Notes under the pieces: generated by a model
Told to the model about the DNA's origin: nothing
What the model saw: only the letters and a program-made list of their open reading frames with translations
Database searches by the model: none
Shown here: one piece after another, positions 9,806-20,508 of the stretch
Position numbering within the stretch: the first letter of the stretch is position 1
Layout: every line of letters begins with the position of its first letter
Assembly: GCA_009859145.1 (NCBI GenBank)
Contig: VRVR01000010.1
Location: forward strand, 223,330-287,329
Direction: 5' to 3'
DNA length: 64,000 nucleotides
From: Andalucia godoyi And28
Lineage: Eukaryota; Protista; Jakobida
Position numbers and translations under genes: made by a program

Positions 9806-10243
9806 ATGAGTTTTCTCAATCGCATTCTTAACAACGTTTCCAAATCGTTTCCTGGGTCTGTCACGCAAGTATCTGTTCCAGAAACACGCTCGATAGCTCG
9901 AGAAAGACTCCACATCATATTGAGTCGAGAGCGCGCATCGAACAGACTTGCCCATGTGGATATTCCTGCTCTCCAGCGTGATTTGCTTGCTACCGTGCAG
10001 AAGTACGTGCCTGTGAGCACAAACGAGGTCACAATTTCTGTGAAAAAAGAAGGTGTTTTGGATGTGTTTGAGATGCAAGTCGTTCTTGCTGATGGATCTG
10101 TGCCAATCACACTCAGAACTGAATCAAATGCGGGAGAAATGAGCCATGCTCCAATTTCTGAACCCGCAAATGCTCCTCGGGCACCAAGAAGAGTGACTCG
10201 AAAGAAGGCGGTCCCAGTCGACAGCGAAGTCGCTGTTGCGTAG
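9806..10243 (+). CDS. minE: Nucleus-encoded, probably mitochondrial, cell-division topological specificity factor MinE (145 aa)
   Basis: MSFLNRIL amphipathic N-terminus, then SIARERLHIILSRER (cf. bacterial IAKERLQIIVA.ER), IPALQRDLLATVQKYV (cf. LP.L..DIL.VI.KYV) and VFEMQVVL (cf. ILELNVTL). Low-complexity C-terminal tail. Confidence 0.88.
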   Translation: MSFLNRILNNVSKSFPGSVTQVSVPETRSIARERLHIILSRERASNRLAHVDIPALQRDLLATVQKYVPVSTNEVTISVKKEGVLDVFEMQVVLADGSVPITLRTESNAGEMSHAPISEPANAPRAPRRVTRKKAVPVDSEVAVA

Positions 10244-10368
10244 CCAGAGTGCTGATCGTGTTTGTTCCTGGTCCTCCAAAATGCAATAAGAATCGCACGG
10301 CTGTTGAAGCAAGTGCGGTTACGATGATGTTATGTGTTGCAGAATGTTAATTTGTCAGTCGTCAGCTT

Positions 10369-10373
<5 letters not shown>

Positions 10374-10404
<31 letters not shown>
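10374..10404. repeat. (TG)n microsatellite
   Basis: About 15 perfect TG units in the spacer. Confidence 0.95.
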
Positions 10405-10408
<4 letters not shown>

Positions 10409-10793
10409 ATCAATGTGTTGTTGTGCAATAACCGCGTCTGATGATGCGGGCTGCGCTGGCGGGGAAGGGGGGGCATCCAGAATGAATCAATGAGGATTCT
10501 GCTTCGAATTTCCGCTCCGGGTTTGTGCTTCTCCGTAGGGTGCAGAGTATGGAAGACTTTCCTAACGGCAGCGAATCGGCGGTGGGATGCGTGAACGATG
10601 GTTTCTTGTGCCTCGTTGTGCGTTGCGACCGGAGGCGATTTTCCCACGTTCGTAGTGAATTTTCTGTACGCGCGCAGTTTTTTTTTCCTCGCATGATATC
10701 GAGTAAAATCGGAATTGCTTGGTGTTCTGCGCAGTGTCTAGTTTCCAATGGTAACGAATTGCGCCATTGTGTAGAATTCGCGGTTCTTGATGC

Positions 10794-12062
10794 ATGCCGA
10801 GTCTTGAGGAGAATACCTTGCTGAGAAACTTTGAGATTGCATGTACGTATGCTCTTGAGCTGGGAGTGCTGCTGGACCCCACAAACCCGAGGCTGTCGTT
10901 TGCGGACTGCCAAATAATCTGCAAAAAGCTGAAATGCCGCCCTTTGGACATTTCCCGCCTATTTCGTCTTGTTGGCAGATATCCAAAGTCTGTAAAGCCA
11001 CTTCTTTCGGCGATGAGCGATCGCTATGATGTGAATCGAGTCACCATTAAGTTGATAGATTTCGATTTTCTGTTCAAAGATTGTGAATCACATGATGACG
11101 ACTTAGTTGAACCTATCGTCGTTCAGTGCCTGCAAGCAATGCTCAAAACTGATCCTGATGTTTCTTGGAGACAGGTGGTGCAAATTGGTCAGAAAACACG
11201 CCTCGGTCTCTTAACTCCGATGGAGGCACAGTTCGAGCAGCTTGCGAAGGAAATCGAAGATCGGCAAGTCTGGACAAAAGGGAACATTCAACTTTGCTTT
11301 CAGTTCCTTTGTCGCGTGAGACTGCTGATTGCAGAAGACATGAAGAAGTCTCCTGCCGCAGTCACCTACGGAGATGTTCGTAAGGCGACGTCCATCAATG
11401 TTAAATTCATACGGAACCATTTCGAGTTGGTCGATGCAGCGGGGAAGCATATTGCCAAGTTGTGTTCGCGGTACCCGGATGTACGAATTAATGAAATTGA
11501 CTGGATATGTACGTCTCTCTGCGATGGTCAGCTTGCAGCTGCAAATTCGGACAAGATTCGAAAGATTGTGAAGTGTATTGCCTCGAAGACTCATAATAGC
11601 AAGGCAGATGCAATTGCAGCCGGGAAGGAACTCCTGAAGTCTCTGCAGTCAACGGGAAGACCAGGAAGCTCAGCCTCGGATGCTTCTGTTCCTGTTCTTC
11701 CATCTCCAACGAACTTCCCCCCTCCACTTCAAAGTGCTACCGCACATACCTCGTCTACACCAAACGCTGAGTGCGATGGATCCAAAGGAGCTCCCCTTTC
11801 TCAGAAAGGCGAGCATTCTTCAAGGCCTTTTGCGTTGATTGCTCCTCATTTGGCGTTCTCGATGTCTCTGCCGAGCGATAATGGTGAGCCACTTGCGAAA
11901 CGCCCAAGGACTTCGACAGTTGACTGGAGTGTCTTTCTGAAAGATGAAAATGATCTGAAATGGCACGACCTGGGAAGAATTCTTGCAGTTTCTGGTGCAG
12001 CATGGGCACTCAAGAGTATTCTTGACGGGTATCACAGCGTTAATGCAAGCGATGTACCATAG
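10794..12062 (+). CDS. Hypothetical protein (422 aa): helical N-terminal two thirds, disordered linker, short hydrophobic C-terminal helix
   Basis: Long ATG-started ORF with natural amino-acid composition; no family recognised. Confidence 0.75.
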   Translation: MPSLEENTLLRNFEIACTYALELGVLLDPTNPRLSFADCQIICKKLKCRPLDISRLFRLVGRYPKSVKPLLSAMSDRYDVNRVTIKLIDFDFLFKDCESHDDDLVEPIVVQCLQAMLKTDPDVSWRQVVQIGQKTRLGLLTPMEAQFEQLAKEIEDRQVWTKGNIQLCFQFLCRVRLLIAEDMKKSPAAVTYGDVRKATSINVKFIRNHFELVDAAGKHIAKLCSRYPDVRINEIDWICTSLCDGQLAAANSDKIRKIVKCIASKTHNSKADAIAAGKELLKSLQSTGRPGSSASDASVPVLPSPTNFPPPLQSATAHTSSTPNAECDGSKGAPLSQKGEHSSRPFALIAPHLAFSMSLPSDNGEPLAKRPRTSTVDWSVFLKDENDLKWHDLGRILAVSGAAWALKSILDGYHSVNASDVP

Positions 12063-13131
12063 AAAAATTGTTTTATCGTTACCGTACCTGAGGATCCCAT
12101 TGCGTGCTCCGAATTTTTTAATTTCCCGAGCTCCCTATGGGGAGCTGTCGGTGGAGGAAACTGTCGAGGTCGGGGCGACGTTCGAAAAACCTTTCAATTT
12201 TGTTCATTTGCAATTTGGCATTACGTTGTAGCACGATTGCATTGCTGCTTTGAAGAATTTATGCCTTGCAACGACCTTCTTCTCGAGGGCGGTGGCCTGT
12301 TGATGCAACTGCAGAGCGGCTATCCGCTGAGGTTACTCATCGTATGCATCCCAACAGCGCATCGCTATCCACGCTTGGGGAATGCTGTGTTTTGGTTATT
12401 CATTGTGGCTTCAGAGAGTATTGACTGAAAATGCGCTGAAACCCCAGGGTGTCTAACCTCGAAATCGTGAGGATGCATTGCAGTGCGCATCAGATACGCG
12501 TGCACCAGACGTTCAATCTTGTAATCCCATCTGCATACAGAACCACGGACATGTGGCCCCCCCCCCCCCCAACGAAATTTTTCACGGGAGACTTCTTCTC
12601 AACACACATGGATACATACAGTACAGTACAGCAAAGTAAATTTGCCTAATAAGGTCTGCTGCCTGATGCCTGATTGAGACGAGGCTTGTTTGTTTGTGCA
12701 AACACTTTCTTTTGCAGATCCTGCGCCTGCGATGCGCTGCATCAATACGAAGTGGTTCTAATTGGAACCATTGCAATACAAATCAATCGTCCGAGAGTGA
12801 CCGACTCGCAACAAATCTGAATTGTGGACGACGACGATAATCAAATCAAAACGAAAATATCAGAACAAGTCCAAAAAACAAAGGAAAGAAAAGAAAAGAA
12901 AGAAAAAGACACGAGATCGTGAAAAAGAGAGAGAGAGAGAGAGAGAGGGGGGACGGGGGGGCGGGGGGGGTTGTTTTTCATTTCGTTTCTAACCGGATTG
13001 AAATATACCCCCACGTTAGGTTTCAAGCATTTTCTCAAAGACAACGGAAACGAAATAAAGCACAATTTAAAAAACAGCTCAAAAGCTGCCGACGGTTAAA
13101 TTTCTCAAGGAATTGGCGAACATCAAAAGAG

Positions 13132-13473
13132 ATGAAAGACATTGTCTATCATGTGTGCAAGGAAAGTAGTTTCACACGAGAAACTTCTGATGGCAAGTAT
13201 CATGCAGAGGCAGCCGACGGATTTGTGCACATGTCGACATCAGAAGAACTGGCAGAGACCTTGCGAATCTGGCTCTCCAAGGTTCCGGGCTTGGTGTTGC
13301 TCGAATGCGATGCTTCCAAGCTGCCGAATTTGAAGTGGGATTTTGTGGAATCGCGCAATGCCCATTTTCCACACGTTTACTCGGAATGCATACCTCTGGA
13401 TGCTGTCTTGCGTGTCATGCCTTTGGCTCTTAATAGTGACGGTGTTCATACTCTCCCATGCGACTTGAAGTAA
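13132..13473 (+). CDS. DUF952 family protein (113 aa)
   Basis: Motifs IVYHV, DGFVHMST, LVLLECD...L.W, FPHVY..IPLDAV match the DUF952 pattern. ATG at 13132. Confidence 0.85.
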   Translation: MKDIVYHVCKESSFTRETSDGKYHAEAADGFVHMSTSEELAETLRIWLSKVPGLVLLECDASKLPNLKWDFVESRNAHFPHVYSECIPLDAVLRVMPLALNSDGVHTLPCDLK

Positions 13474-13537
13474 TAAAAAAAACAGTGCTATTCCGAGAAA
13501 TACTGTACAGTTTTGGTGGTTTAATAAACGCGGGTTT

Positions 13538-13912
13538 TCATCTCTTGGCGTCACTCTTTGGTAATCCAGGGGCGGAAAGAGGTTGCATGAGCGCAACTTC
13601 AAGATCGTCCAGCAGTCTCTTGACATTCAGAACCTCATCGTGCAACTCTTCAACGGGTTGCATCTCATCTCTGAGCTTCTGCGAGTGGCTTATCAATTCC
13701 TGCATCGAACTTACTGCATCATCAACGGATCCCGCAACTTCGGAGCACTCTTCTACAAAAAGCCGAGAATGCTGCGACAGAATGGTCGTAACAGCTTTCA
13801 ATGAGGATTGCAGAGATCCTGTGAGATGAAGATAAGAATCTGCAAGCTCTGCTGACCGCTTCTCGAGTTGAGAAAGCGCTTCTAAATGATCTGTCGTCGA
13901 AGCGCCCGCCAT
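13538..13912 (-). CDS. BORC subunit 6 (lyspersin C-terminal domain) / BLOC-1 subunit 3-like coiled-coil protein
   Basis: 124-aa all-helical heptad protein. L..LE..S.ELA...L..SL..SL...T ... V..SVD..V..M..LI...Q.L...MQPV..L...V..VKR.LD.LE follows the BORCS6/BLOS3 pattern. Confidence 0.65.
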   Translation of the reverse strand: MAGASTTDHLEALSQLEKRSAELADSYLHLTGSLQSSLKAVTTILSQHSRLFVEECSEVAGSVDDAVSSMQELISHSQKLRDEMQPVEELHDEVLNVKRLLDDLEVALMQPLSAPGLPKSDAKR

Positions 13913-14185
13913 CTTGGTATCCGAACCAGAAACCCTACAAAACTTTCATGGGAGAAGAGAAACAAATGGTGTGTGAATAAGCACTCTGTGAAAAGCATTT
14001 TTTATTTCCTAGCAGTGCGGTATTTTGGCACAAGTTGATGCTGGCTGCTTGCTGATGGAGGAGTTTTTCCAAAAATAGAAAATTGCACAACAGAAAAAAG
14101 GGATGATTCACCCTTGTAATCCTCCAGCCGTTTCCACATGAACTATTCAGTACTGTGTTATCATGTGAGTTAGAGTATTTCGGAG

Positions 14186-15379
14186 ATGAGAATAGGAAGA
14201 ACGCGCTTTATCAGTGCTGAACAGGCTGTTCGAGAAGCAAAGTGCGGGGCTCGTATTTGGAGAGTCGTCAGCGTTCTCGCTGCGGCCTTGTCCATTGCTG
14301 CGGTTTTCAACACTGAGCAATCTCGGAGAGACTATCAGGTAGCATTTGATGAAGTTCAAAAGCTGTCTGTTAATGCACGGGAAGACTCGCTTCCTGACAG
14401 GCTGCATGGAAGAGTAGTTCACTTGGTTGCAGAAAATGTCCATCCAGATGAGATTCTGAGAGATGAGGAGTTTGGAGTGATATTTCCCCAATCTTACCGA
14501 GTTCGTCGAACTGTGGAGTACTGTCAGTGGCTGGAACACTCGTTTGACCATGTTGAGCGCGATAGGGATGGAAATGAAAGGAGATCTCGAACGTATTCGT
14601 ACACCAAAACATGGGTGCCGCGTCCTGTGCCATCGTTTTTGTACGATCAGCCGTTCGCACATCATAATCCGCAACGGACACCCTATGAAGATCAAACATC
14701 TTTAGTCCGCAGTGCAACAGCAGGACTGTTTCGTTTGTCCTCTGAGATTCTGAAGGCTCTCCCATTGAACACAAGATCTAAGTTCAGACCGACAGACGTC
14801 AGTACGGAGACATCTGCATTCAACAACCATGGTTTTGTGTATATTGGGGATGGGTACTTTCTTTCAAAGTATCAACCGTCACTTGGTGAGTCTGTTGTTC
14901 GAACAGCAGGGCAGATTGCAGAGGGGTCTTTGTTGGATTTTCAGATTGCCGATTTGTTCTCCCGTTGCGATGCCGGTGATGTACGTGTTTATTTTGATGT
15001 TTGTATCGGTTCTGTTGCATCCGTGGTGGGACAGTTATCTGACAGCTCAAATGAAATCGGTGCGTTTACTGCTTCTAATGGCGTGGCGGTGGGATTAATG
15101 CATTTTGGAAAGCTCTCTTTGGATGAAATGACAAGACAGTATCAGTCCAGCCATTTCTGGAACTCTGTCTTTGTCGCTCGCGTCTGTGCGGCTTTGTTTA
15201 TCGGATCTGCGACATATGTACACTGCCCATTAAACTACCAGTGGCAGCCTCTGTCTGCTTCCTTTGTTTTATTGGTGTTTGGTAGCGTATGGGCTTTAGT
15301 CTGGGGATTTTCAATTGTTGGCATGCTATCGGCTGTCATTGGTGCGGCGTTGTTTCAGTTTTCTCGAACCATGAAGTAA
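14186..15379 (+). CDS. TMEM43: TMEM43/LUMA family membrane protein
   Basis: N-terminal TM helix, L.GRVVHL, RRTVEYCQWLE...YSYTKTW...F.....HHNP luminal domain, GDVRVYF, C-terminal TM helices. Confidence 0.85.
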   Translation: MRIGRTRFISAEQAVREAKCGARIWRVVSVLAAALSIAAVFNTEQSRRDYQVAFDEVQKLSVNAREDSLPDRLHGRVVHLVAENVHPDEILRDEEFGVIFPQSYRVRRTVEYCQWLEHSFDHVERDRDGNERRSRTYSYTKTWVPRPVPSFLYDQPFAHHNPQRTPYEDQTSLVRSATAGLFRLSSEILKALPLNTRSKFRPTDVSTETSAFNNHGFVYIGDGYFLSKYQPSLGESVVRTAGQIAEGSLLDFQIADLFSRCDAGDVRVYFDVCIGSVASVVGQLSDSSNEIGAFTASNGVAVGLMHFGKLSLDEMTRQYQSSHFWNSVFVARVCAALFIGSATYVHCPLNYQWQPLSASFVLLVFGSVWALVWGFSIVGMLSAVIGAALFQFSRTMK

Positions 15380-16095
15380 ATTCGATGGAGCGACATCGGT
15401 GCCGTGTAGATGTTGGTTAGTCGCCTGCTTCCTCTTTTATTTTAATTTCTTTAGCTTTTTCAGTATTAACGGGGTCGTGCAGCCCCTCTGCAGCAATATA
15501 TATATATATATATCGTAAGACGTCTGCTCTTCTACTGTACGACGCTGCGCCGCCGCCATTGTGCAGCACGATGGAAGAGAGAAATGGAGTCGCCACCGAT
15601 TCAAGCAGAGTTTGCTGTACAAGGAGTACGGAGTATGCGGGTCGACCAATCCGTATTGTGATACAGGAGTGCGTGTTGAAAACCAACGGTCTTTGCGGAA
15701 GTGTCGACCAGAAAGCGGGGCGGGAGCAGTGTTTGTTGACGCTCAGCTTATCTCGTAAGGATGGGCTGAGACTGCAATGACGCCCGCACTATGTATCTAA
15801 AAGAACGCAGACTCTGGCGACTTGCTAGGGCCCGCTCCCTAGTTGGTGGATGTTTCATCCCGTTTGTCGTACACGGCAAAGACCGGTCGATGGGCACCGG
15901 GTATCTCATCTCTGAAAATTGCGGCGTCAAAGAAGGCTGCTGTAAAGACCCCCCTCAAAGGATTCGGAGGAAAGACGAGAAATGCTCCACTGTCTCCACC
16001 GCATCTGACGAACAAAGTTTTTTTTTTCACACATTTGCTTTTTACATCCTCCTTGACAAGTGTTATATTTATATTTATTAAAACAGCGCTGAACT

Positions 16096-19000
16096 ATGAC
16101 AGAATGGTCCCACGTTTTCCTTCAATATCGAGAGAAGGCAAAGGTGGAGCTATCTGGGCCCGATGTGATCTTGTTGGAAGATACCATTCGACCGTATTTT
16201 TTGGACAACGATCCGTTAACGTCGTCGTCGGTGCTGCACTTTGAGCTGAAGACTTTCAAGGCAAGGGTAAATGAAACATGGGAAAAAACTCAACGAGAAT
16301 TAAGAATGGGTCTTGAGTTGGCTGAAGAACTGGCGGAGTCAAATCTTTCCGGAATTGACCAACTTCAAGGGAGTGCGAAGGACGTGCTGCTCTGGCTCGC
16401 TGAAGTTTCTGATGTTTCGAATATCGACGACAAGACCGGGGAACTGGAATTTTCTGTTGAACGTGTTAACCCTGAGCTTGCTGCGCCCGATCGTCAGGTA
16501 TGTGAGCCGAATTCGGAAGAAGACCACTCTGAGGACAAGACGAGTGCTGCTTTCAACGACTCCGAAGTGACTGTTGACCGTCTTTGGCATTCTTCTGTTT
16601 TGACACCTGCACAGCTGTCCTCGGTACTTGATTTTCGACAGTTTGTGGAAGGGTTTAACCACCGTCATTTATCTGCACATTTGAATGCATTGAGGATGCA
16701 GTCGGGAGTCTGCACCATTTTCCATGTGCAGTCAGCTTACATATTTTTTGGGACTACTGTTGGAATGGTCTTGATGTACTCGTTTCCTCAACCGAAACTA
16801 CTGAAGATGTACGATGATGGAATGAAACAATCATTCGGTGCTGTCACCTGCTTGGATGTTGTGATAGACACTCGTGGGGACGGGTTCTTAGTTGCAGGTC
16901 ACAAATCTGGACAGGTGTGTCTTTACAGTATTGGAGACCGGAAATTGATGAGCTCGTTCAGAGCCCATGTGTCATCTGTGTCGTCCGTCTTCGCTTTATC
17001 TGGGAAAGGTATTATTTCCACTGATATCTCCGGGTCCATCTTCTTCAGCACATTTCGCCAAGGAGTCTTTTCCACAACAGTCCAGTCCGACGTTGTTTTG
17101 GAAGAAAAAAACACTTGCATTTTACAAGCCGTTTCGTCTTACGTCGCTGCTGCTGATTGCAAAGTTTGTGCTGTCATCCGAGAAAAGGATCTAATTTTGT
17201 GCACTTTGGAGCCCCGTCTTTGGTTCAACTCGCTTCCTGTGCGGTTTGACGAATCTGAAAATGTCTCGACCGATCTCAAGGCATCACTTGCTGCTTTGCG
17301 GGATGGAGATCCTCCACTACTATCAGTATTTTGTTCTGTACGAGGTGAGTTGATTGTTTATCAGTTAGTTATTGAAGGAACCCTTAAGCCAACTCAGCAG
17401 AACGCCGCACTTGCACCTCGATTTTCCGTCGGTGCGGTTGAAGTAACTCGACATCAGATTGAATTGTCGTCCATCAATGTTTCTAGAATGTTTTGGGTTT
17501 CCCAATCCCTTGTCGTAATGTATGGTACAGATAGTGCCTTTCTTGTCGACCCTTTCACAGGGGACCAGAGCTGTATTATCCATGCTGAGCCGGAAAAATC
17601 TTTACAATTCGCATTTTCTTTGCCGAATTTCCGATTTTTGCTCTTGGATCTGAGTGAGATTCAAGAATATCGCATCCGTTTGTGGAATGAACATTTGGAA
17701 GAACTTGTCTCGCGAGAGGAATGGCTTCGAGCATTGCAGTTGTCGGAAAACTTGTTTCTTGGAAATATTCCTCTGGCAGTAGGACTTCCTCGGAATGTGG
17801 AACTGAAACGCTCACAGTGCGGACCTGTTTTTGCCCAGTTATTGCAGGCCATCGCCAACAAGTGTTTCCTCGCCTTCTCCTCTGTCAAAGATGCCAAATT
17901 GATTCTGGAAAGGTGCTTTCTGTTTGCTTCCAGAACTAGGTTTTCAAATCTTCTTTTCAAGGATTTGTATGGTTACTTGTATGAACAACAAGTAGCTTCT
18001 CCTGATTTTGCTGATTTTGAAAGGGTCTTTTTCCAGTTGACTGTGAGCTTTCGTGGTTCCTTTCAAGAACAGGAAGTTATGTATCCTGATTTTTGTATTT
18101 TGCGGTTTTTGGATGTTTGCGAAAAGGACGAGGGCTCTGAAGATTTTTTAGAAGCCGTTTTGCATGTCTCGTCCACTCAAGATATCGTGTCGTTCGCTTC
18201 CAAAGCATTTTCACGGTACATGTGGAAATTTTTCTACGCTTGCCACAGAATGGTAGGGCTGCATCCTGTCGAGGGATTGGATAAGGTTCTTTTGTTCGTT
18301 CATCCATTTCTGTTTGGGGCTGCTACGGTTTCGCTGTCTACTGTTCGCTTTGAGGAATTGACATGTGCTACATATGAGTATGTAGATATCGCTGTTAAGG
18401 ATCCATCAACAGTGGGATTCCGAATGGATTTTCTCCTGAAGCTCCTCTTGCCATGCTCTCTGGGCCTCCCTGTACGTCTTCGATTGCTTTTCGAATTACA
18501 CTCGGAGAAATGCATTTCTTTGTGCACATTCATTATTTTCCAGGTTTCAAGTGTTATCAGTACTCGAGAACTTGAAAGCCTTGCCTCGCAAGCCAAAGTC
18601 ACTCCTAAAGAGCACATCACAGGCATTAGGCAGAGTTTGCTGGACACCTTACTGTCATCAGCTTTCGATTTCTCGTCGGATCCATTCTTCGCTTCCTCAA
18701 TTTCTTCTGCAACAAAGAACTTGGTTCCATTGTACATGCTTGTTGCATCTGTGGCAGCCTCGAATTTTGCTAAAGGGATTCACATTTCTCAGGATGCATT
18801 CCATAGATGTATTGTCGGCGTTATTCACTCATCTGTGTTGTCAGATATGGAGCGAGAGCAAATTGTTATACGATTGTTGGAATCTTCTGCAGAAGCGCAG
18901 GTTCCTCTGGATTTTGATAAGATCTTGAAATTGTGCGACCTAGCTGGGATGATGCTGGCGACTGCCGTCATCTACGGCATTACGCGAGAGTTTTCAAGTG

Positions 19001-20508
19001 CTATTCGTACATTCTTGGTTTTGATCAAACAGAAAGCACAAGGAACTCCGGACAATGGGGTTACATCGAATGGGCAGGATCATGTCACTTTGCAGTTATT
19101 CGAATTTTTGCGTCATGCAATTGCTCTGTATCGAGAGGATACACGCCTGCGTGACGCTTTTGTGGAGCATCTGGATGTCCTGTTCTCCATCAGTTCAGAA
19201 GATACTCAGAACTTGTTTAATGAGGTCTTCAAGAATCGGCCGGACTGGGTGATTGAACTGGATGGCGTACCGCTCTTGCAATTCCAGTATCTCTCCGATT
19301 GGGTGATTGTTAACGAACCAGATGGTGTGTTCGATTCCAACGTTCCTTTCCTTGTGCAGCTGACTGAAACATTTGTTCGGCTTCTTTGTGAGTTTGAACG
19401 GGATTCCGCATACCCATTCTTACTTCGCCATTCGTCGTACCGATTGGAGATCTGTTTGGACAGTGCTGCTAAATTCAGAGTCCGGGATGCTGCAGCATTT
19501 CTTTTGGAGAAAACAGGAGATATTCTGTCCGCCATTAAAGAACTCATGACTGGTGTTCTTGAACTCTTTGATGTCGCGTATTCAGCAATGATGGAGAAAA
19601 GAGCATTGCATTTGGATCATCTGCGTGTTTCAAGATTCGTAAGACAGGCCATTGACATATGCGCGCGTTCTTCGCAAACGTCTGCGGAAGGCTCTCTCCA
19701 AAACTGCTGGTTCTTCTTACTTGACCACTTGATTCATCTTCGCCGAAAATTTTTCGGGCGGCTTGACACCCTCAAAGCCTCATTGGACGTAATTGACGCT
19801 TCTGTCATGAAGAACACGTCAAAAAACGAACAGCTGAAAGCGAAAGCTTTACGAACAAAGTTTGAACTGGAGGCAAAACTTAAGGAACAGCCTTATAACG
19901 ACAACTATCGAAAGTCTATGATCCAAGTTGACGATATGCTTGCGAAGCTTTCACAGAGAGAAACTGACAGTGCCTTGCTTCCGATTGACCGCGAAACTGC
20001 CGGAATACAGATTCCCTTCTGTGAGGAATGTCTGTCGCAGATCTCGGATTGTGTTGAAGATCTTCTTACGTCAATGGTCCATTTCGTTCCAATATCCCTT
20101 GTTCTTGGCAAAGTTGTTCATGAACATGGTCGCGATACGGTTCGATTGTTTCGTAACACATTGCTGTTCATGCTGGATCAGTATCAGTTCGAACGGTCAA
20201 TTACTGCTGCTGTTCGCCGAATGATGGCAGACGACTGCATCTTCCTGTTTGATCAGGAGGTCTTCTCTGGGAACCAATCGTACCGACCGGATAATGTCCA
20301 GCCTTCTTCAGAAATCGTCAGTAAGCGAGAATCTGCAGCATCTCGCATTCGAAGGGTTCTTGGTGGCCGGTCCATACCGTCAAAGCATCCGGATGGCGTG
20401 CGAAAGGAGAAGAATTCCAGTCTTGAAACTTTTGGGCGCCCGTCAGTTCGAAAGTTCGCTCTTGGGTCGGCCATGGTGGAAGTTGACATCAGCAGCATTT
20501 GGAATTAG
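16096..20508 (+). CDS. VPS8: CORVET subunit Vps8 (WD40 propeller plus alpha-solenoid/clathrin repeat)
   Basis: 1470 aa. FGTTVG.VLMY and VTCLD..GFLVAGHKSGQV WD repeats, W...L..LVSREEWLRAL, clathrin-repeat-like YPFLLRHSSYRLE.CL...RVRDAAAFLLEKTGDI..AI, C-terminal coiled coil. No obvious RING finger. Confidence 0.85.
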   Translation: MTEWSHVFLQYREKAKVELSGPDVILLEDTIRPYFLDNDPLTSSSVLHFELKTFKARVNETWEKTQRELRMGLELAEELAESNLSGIDQLQGSAKDVLLWLAEVSDVSNIDDKTGELEFSVERVNPELAAPDRQVCEPNSEEDHSEDKTSAAFNDSEVTVDRLWHSSVLTPAQLSSVLDFRQFVEGFNHRHLSAHLNALRMQSGVCTIFHVQSAYIFFGTTVGMVLMYSFPQPKLLKMYDDGMKQSFGAVTCLDVVIDTRGDGFLVAGHKSGQVCLYSIGDRKLMSSFRAHVSSVSSVFALSGKGIISTDISGSIFFSTFRQGVFSTTVQSDVVLEEKNTCILQAVSSYVAAADCKVCAVIREKDLILCTLEPRLWFNSLPVRFDESENVSTDLKASLAALRDGDPPLLSVFCSVRGELIVYQLVIEGTLKPTQQNAALAPRFSVGAVEVTRHQIELSSINVSRMFWVSQSLVVMYGTDSAFLVDPFTGDQSCIIHAEPEKSLQFAFSLPNFRFLLLDLSEIQEYRIRLWNEHLEELVSREEWLRALQLSENLFLGNIPLAVGLPRNVELKRSQCGPVFAQLLQAIANKCFLAFSSVKDAKLILERCFLFASRTRFSNLLFKDLYGYLYEQQVASPDFADFERVFFQLTVSFRGSFQEQEVMYPDFCILRFLDVCEKDEGSEDFLEAVLHVSSTQDIVSFASKAFSRYMWKFFYACHRMVGLHPVEGLDKVLLFVHPFLFGAATVSLSTVRFEELTCATYEYVDIAVKDPSTVGFRMDFLLKLLLPCSLGLPVRLRLLFELHSEKCISLCTFIIFQVSSVISTRELESLASQAKVTPKEHITGIRQSLLDTLLSSAFDFSSDPFFASSISSATKNLVPLYMLVASVAASNFAKGIHISQDAFHRCIVGVIHSSVLSDMEREQIVIRLLESSAEAQVPLDFDKILKLCDLAGMMLATAVIYGITREFSSAIRTFLVLIKQKAQGTPDNGVTSNGQDHVTLQLFEFLRHAIALYREDTRLRDAFVEHLDVLFSISSEDTQNLFNEVFKNRPDWVIELDGVPLLQFQYLSDWVIVNEPDGVFDSNVPFLVQLTETFVRLLCEFERDSAYPFLLRHSSYRLEICLDSAAKFRVRDAAAFLLEKTGDILSAIKELMTGVLELFDVAYSAMMEKRALHLDHLRVSRFVRQAIDICARSSQTSAEGSLQNCWFFLLDHLIHLRRKFFGRLDTLKASLDVIDASVMKNTSKNEQLKAKALRTKFELEAKLKEQPYNDNYRKSMIQVDDMLAKLSQRETDSALLPIDRETAGIQIPFCEECLSQISDCVEDLLTSMVHFVPISLVLGKVVHEHGRDTVRLFRNTLLFMLDQYQFERSITAAVRRMMADDCIFLFDQEVFSGNQSYRPDNVQPSSEIVSKRESAASRIRRVLGGRSIPSKHPDGVRKEKNSSLETFGRPSVRKFALGSAMVEVDISSIWN

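Noticed and set aside
12128-12150. Small hairpin AGCTCCC-TATG-GGGAGCT
   Set aside because: A single 7-bp stem without tRNA/snRNA motifs or flanking structure is expected by chance.
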